Source of the DNA: Candidatus Altimarinus sp.
GTDB lineage: Bacteria; Patescibacteriota; Gracilibacteria; BD1-5; UBA6164
Assembly (NCBI GenBank): GCA_020724225.1
Contig: DYHI01000003.1
Location: 1,103 to 65,102, forward strand
Direction: 5' to 3'
DNA: 64,000 bases
The notes below the pieces were generated by a model. It did not search any database, was not told the DNA's origin, and saw only the letters and a list, made by a program, of their open reading frames with translations. Below are positions 60,581 to 64,000 of this stretch, in pieces. The translations under genes and the position numbers were made by a program. Every line of letters begins with the position of its first letter. Position 1 is the first letter of the stretch.

Positions 60581-61191
60581 ATGACATACAATTTAAGTTT
60601 TAATCCGCTTATTGAAAGTGATACTTTTGATAATACAGAATCTAGAAGATCTTTTGAAGAATCTCACTATACAGCAAAAAAGTTATATTTGACTGAAGTT
60701 CAGTGACTAGCAAATAAAATGAACATTGAAAGAATTTTAGAAAATGATCACCCAAGAGCACAAGCTTTATATGATTGGATTATAAGTGATGATAAAATAA
60801 CAGAATGGTATTTAAAAAATAACGATAAAATAAGACTAGTTCCAGGTTGAATTGAAATACTTTGAGATATTTACGATTTAGAAGATACAATAGAAAATAA
60901 AGTAATCTATTATGGTTTATTTACAATGAATTATGCTGAAAAATTGCATCTGACTGATGAAAATCAGTACCAGACTTTTCAAAAGTACTAGAAATTTTAC
61001 CTAGTTTTCCAAAAGATTGTTGGGTAAATTTTTTCAACTATGTTATGAAAATGAAATGATATTACTTATCAAGCTGAGAATATTCAGTATGTTCTAAATC
61101 ATATTCTGACTGAAGAGGTATTGCTTTTTGAGGTGTTAAAGATGTAGAAAATGGTATTTGATGAAAATTAAGATTAGTAAGATTAAAATAA
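60581..61191 (+). pseudogene. Hypothetical protein with a DUF1566-like C-terminus, split by an apparent -1 frameshift
   Basis: Frame A runs ATG 60581 to TAG 60989-60991 (136 aa). Frame B is open 60895-61191 and encodes ...PKDCWVNFFNYVMKMKGYYLSSGEYSVCSKSYSDGRGIAFGGVKDVENGIGGKLRLVRLK with no upstream ATG. Confidence 0.45.
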
Positions 61192-61201
61192 TTTTAAATT
61201 A

Positions 61202-61249
61202 ATAAAAAACTATTTTCAAACAAAAATTGAAAATAGTTTTTTTATTTTT
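61202..61249 (+). terminator. Terminator hairpin, copy 1 of a 48-nt direct repeat
   Basis: taaaaaactattttcaaacaaaaattgaaaatagtttttttatttttt. Confidence 0.8.
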
Positions 61250-61319
61250 TAGTATACAAAAAATTTGATTTTTACACAAATAGTATACAATTAAAATAAT
61301 ATAAATTAATTTTAAAAAT

Positions 61320-61490
61320 ATGCTATCAAAAGATGCAATGGAAGATTTAAAAAAAGATTATACTTTTGAAGAAATTCAAAAAATAAGTATTAGTTTGAGA
61401 AAAGTTAGAGAATGAAAAGTTTTATCAAAAAAACAAGTCAAAAATTTTATTGATAACGATCTATTTTCTAAATATTCAATTAATGTTTAA
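61320..61490 (+). CDS. Putative antitoxin (56 aa)
   Basis: MLSKDAMEDLKKDYTFEEIQKISISLRKVREGKVLSKKQVKNF... The stop overlaps the toxin ATG (aATGtttaa). Confidence 0.55.
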
Positions 61491-61761
61491 TGTTTTTTAT
61501 TCTGAAGATTCACTTATAGATTTAAAAGAAATTGCTGATTTTATATCACAAGATAACCCATTTTATGCAAACAAAGTAATTGATATTATTTATGACAGCA
61601 TTGAAAAATTAGAAATCTTTCCATTATTATGAAAAGAGAGAAAAGAAAATTTGAGAGAAATAATTGACCCTAAATACTGATTTAGAATAATTTATGAGTT
61701 AAATACAGAAAGTAAAATAATTAACATAATCTCAATTTTTAAATATAAAAATAACTGGTAA
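61483..61761 (+). CDS. RelE/ParE-family type II toxin
   Basis: MFNVFYSEDSLIDLKEIADFISQDNPFYANKVIDIIYDSIEKLEIFPLLGKER...YGFRIIYELN...INIISIFKY pattern. 92 aa. Confidence 0.7.
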
Positions 61762-61770
61762 AAATTTTCT

Positions 61771-61818
61771 TAAAAAACTATTTTCAACTAAAAATTGAAA
61801 ATAGTTTTTTTATTTTTA
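61771..61818 (+). terminator. Terminator hairpin, copy 2 of the 48-nt direct repeat
   Basis: taaaaaactattttcaactaaaaattgaaaatagtttttttattttta. Differs from copy 1 at 2-3 positions. Confidence 0.8.
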
Positions 61819-61843
61819 TAATCATTAAGAATTAACATTATTT

Positions 61844-61870
61844 ATAGATTCCTGCCTTCGCAGGAATGAC
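61844..61870 (-). repeat. Single hairpin module just upstream of elp3
   Basis: atagattcctgccttcgcaggaatgac. Its ATG (61866) is in frame with elp3. Confidence 0.85.
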
Positions 61871-61904
61871 GAATATATATATTTTTAAAATATTTAACTT
61901 TGCC

Positions 61905-63578
61905 ATGACTGATAAAATCCAAATAATAGATGAAATAATAAATCTAGCTTTAGAAAGAAAAATTACTACTAAAGAAGATTTTCATAAAACCCAAAATGAA
62001 GTTTATAAAAAGTACAAACTCCCTGAAGCTATCCAATCAGTAGAAATACTTGAAAGATATAATGAACTTGTTAAAAATTGAAGTGTAGTTGATAGTTCAT
62101 ATTTTAGAAAAGTTCTTAGAAAAAGATGAGTTAGAAGCTTATCTGGAGTAACTGTTATTTCCCTTCTTACAGAGTTTTTTGGTTGTCCTTGAAAGTGTAT
62201 TTATTGTCCAACTTTTGAATGACTTCCAAAATCATACATACCAAATGAACCAGCAGTACAAAGAGCAAAGCTTAATTTATTTAATCCGATTAAACAAATT
62301 CACAATAGACTTAGAGCACTTGAAATCACAGGTCACAAAATAGAAAAAAATGATGTAAGAATCATAGGTTGAACATGGAGTTTTTATCCTAAAGCATATC
62401 AAGAAAGTTTCATCAAGTGAATTTATGATGCTTTCAATACATATGATGAGATGAAAGAACATATAGAAGAAACAAATACTTCAAATGATAAATTTGCAAG
62501 TTTTAAGATGAAAGAATGATATAAATTGAAATTATCAGAAAATCTTGAAGAAGCAAAAAAAATAAATGAAACTGCAAGATGTAGAGTTATATGAATTGCA
62601 ATTGAAACTCGTCCAGATTGGATAAATCCAGAAGAAATTGCAAGGCTTAGAAAATACTGAATAACAAGAGTTGAAATAGGTTACCAAACTACAATTGATG
62701 AAATAAATATATTAAATAAAAGATGACATACAAACAAAGAAAGTATAGAAGCTACTAAACTTTTAAAAGATGCTTGATTTAAAGTAGTTGCTCACATGAT
62801 GCCAAATTTACTTGGAAGTAATCCAGAACTAGATAAAAAAGCTATGAAAGAAGTTTGGGATAATCCAGATTTCAGGCCTGATGAGATAAAAATCTATCCA
62901 ATGGTAGTTACTGATAAAGCAGAACTTACAAAAATCTGGAGAGAATGATGATTTAAAGCATATGATGATGAAACTTTGATAAATTTGATGTCAGATTTAG
63001 AAGAAATGATTCCAGAATATGTTCGTATTAATAGAACTTATAGAGATATTCCAGCTTCTGAGATACTTCATTGATCTACTCTAAGTAATCTAAGACAAAT
63101 AGTTGAAGAAAAATTAGCTAAAAAATGAATTAATTTACTTGATATAAGACATAGAGAAATAAAAGCAAAACTAAATAATCCAGAAAATACAGTTTTGCAT
63201 ACATATTCATACGAAGCAAGTGAATGAACTGAATATTTTTTAACTTTTGAAGACCCAAAAGATAGAACAATTTTTTCTCTTTTGAGATTAAGATTACCTT
63301 GAAAAAATAATGAAATTATTGAAGTATTACCAGAATTAAAATGATCTGCATTAATTCGTGAAATTCATACTTTTTGAGATCAATTATCTATATGAGAAGC
63401 ATGAAGTACTTTCGGGCAACATATAGGTTTCTGAAAAAAACTTATTACAGAAGCAGAGGAAATCGCTAAAAAAAATCATTACAAAAAAATGGCAGTTATA
63501 GCATGAGTTGGGGTAAGAGAATATTACAAAAAAAGATGATATATTTTTGAAGGAGAATATATGGTTAAGGAATTATAA
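61905..63578 (+). CDS. Elp3-family radical SAM/GNAT tRNA-modification enzyme homolog
   Basis: SGVTVISLLTEFFGCPGKCIYCP radical-SAM cluster motif. ...IGYQT..., MMPNLLGS. C-terminal GNAT ...QHIGFGKKLITEAEEIAKK. 557 aa. An alternative in-frame ATG lies at 61866. Confidence 0.85.
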
Positions 63579-63659
63579 TTTTATTAAAAAAATTAGACTT
63601 AAAAAATATTTTTTATATAATCCGTAAATCACAAAAAAATATTTTTTAAAAACAAAAAT

Positions 63660-64000
63660 ATGAAAAGATTAGCAAGATGTATACTAAAAAATAAAGATTG
63701 AAAAATTATGTTAGTTAGACATAAATGAAAAAATATTTGGACAATGCCAGGCTGACATATAGAAGATAAAGAAAATATTTATGATGCTATAAAAAGAGAA
63801 ATAAAAGAAGAACTATGAATTGATATAAAAATACTTTGAAAAAAACTTTGATTAGAAGTTGATAATGTTAAAGAAATGCCTCTTCCGATATCTATATACA
63901 AAATAGATTATATAAATAAAAAAGGTAAAAAAGAAAAAAGACTAGAATATATATTTCTAGCCAAAATTAAAAGTGATATCATAAAAACTCAAATAGAGGA
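63660..64000 (+). CDS. NUDIX hydrolase (3' end off window)
   Basis: NUDIX box GGHIEDKENIYDAIKREIKEELG (GG are GGC/TGA). Confidence 0.8.

Overview
AT-rich (roughly 25-30% GC by eye) bacterial chromosome segment that is only interpretable if TGA is read as glycine. That is genetic code 25, used by Gracilibacteria/Absconditabacteria in the CPR/Patescibacteria. The supplied ORF track treats TGA as a stop, so it is fragmented. Retranslated by hand, the window is densely coding, with about 58 protein genes. I saw no rRNA, tRNA, CRISPR array, transposase or integrase.

Content:
- Housekeeping genes: valS, ychF, secF, uppS, a polyprenyl synthase, thrS, ligA, efp, recX-like and RNA methyltransferases.
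- Type IV pilus parts: a pilin-propeller fusion and two PilT ATPases.
- Signalling proteins: a GGDEF protein and a cNMP-binding protein.
- A stand-alone OLD-family nuclease.
- An RND pump with a long adaptor.
- A Ca-binding TSP3-repeat surface protein next to a ~1090-aa polytopic membrane protein.
- A RelE/ParE toxin-antitoxin pair and an Elp3 homolog.
- A long minus-strand operon that looks like a lysophospholipid scavenging/re-acylation module: lgt, a membrane protein, radical SAM, PPTase, LplT, an Aas-like acyltransferase-carrier-ligase, patatin.

Most unusual observations:
1. A modular palindromic repeat family (GTCATTCCTGCG-N3-GCAGGAATCTAT plus companion hairpin modules) has at least 12 copies. 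Seven copies sit in frame and in sense inside five conserved genes, analogous to Rickettsia palindromic elements. They encode VIPAxAGIYKK..NLIDPRVKHEDDN and stay open only because UGA codes for Gly.
2. Runs of 4-5 tandem heptanucleotides lie directly next to many start codons, and also inside ligA and rlmD.
3. A ~500-nt unit with a promoter, a terminator and no ORF is a candidate structured RNA.
4. Three apparent frameshifts (lgt, lipoprotein/ApbE, a DUF1566-like gene) and one in-frame TAG (Aas-like gene) could be decay, recoding or assembly error.

All coordinates were derived by hand translation and checked by frame arithmetic. Homology calls rest on recognised motifs, not on database searches.
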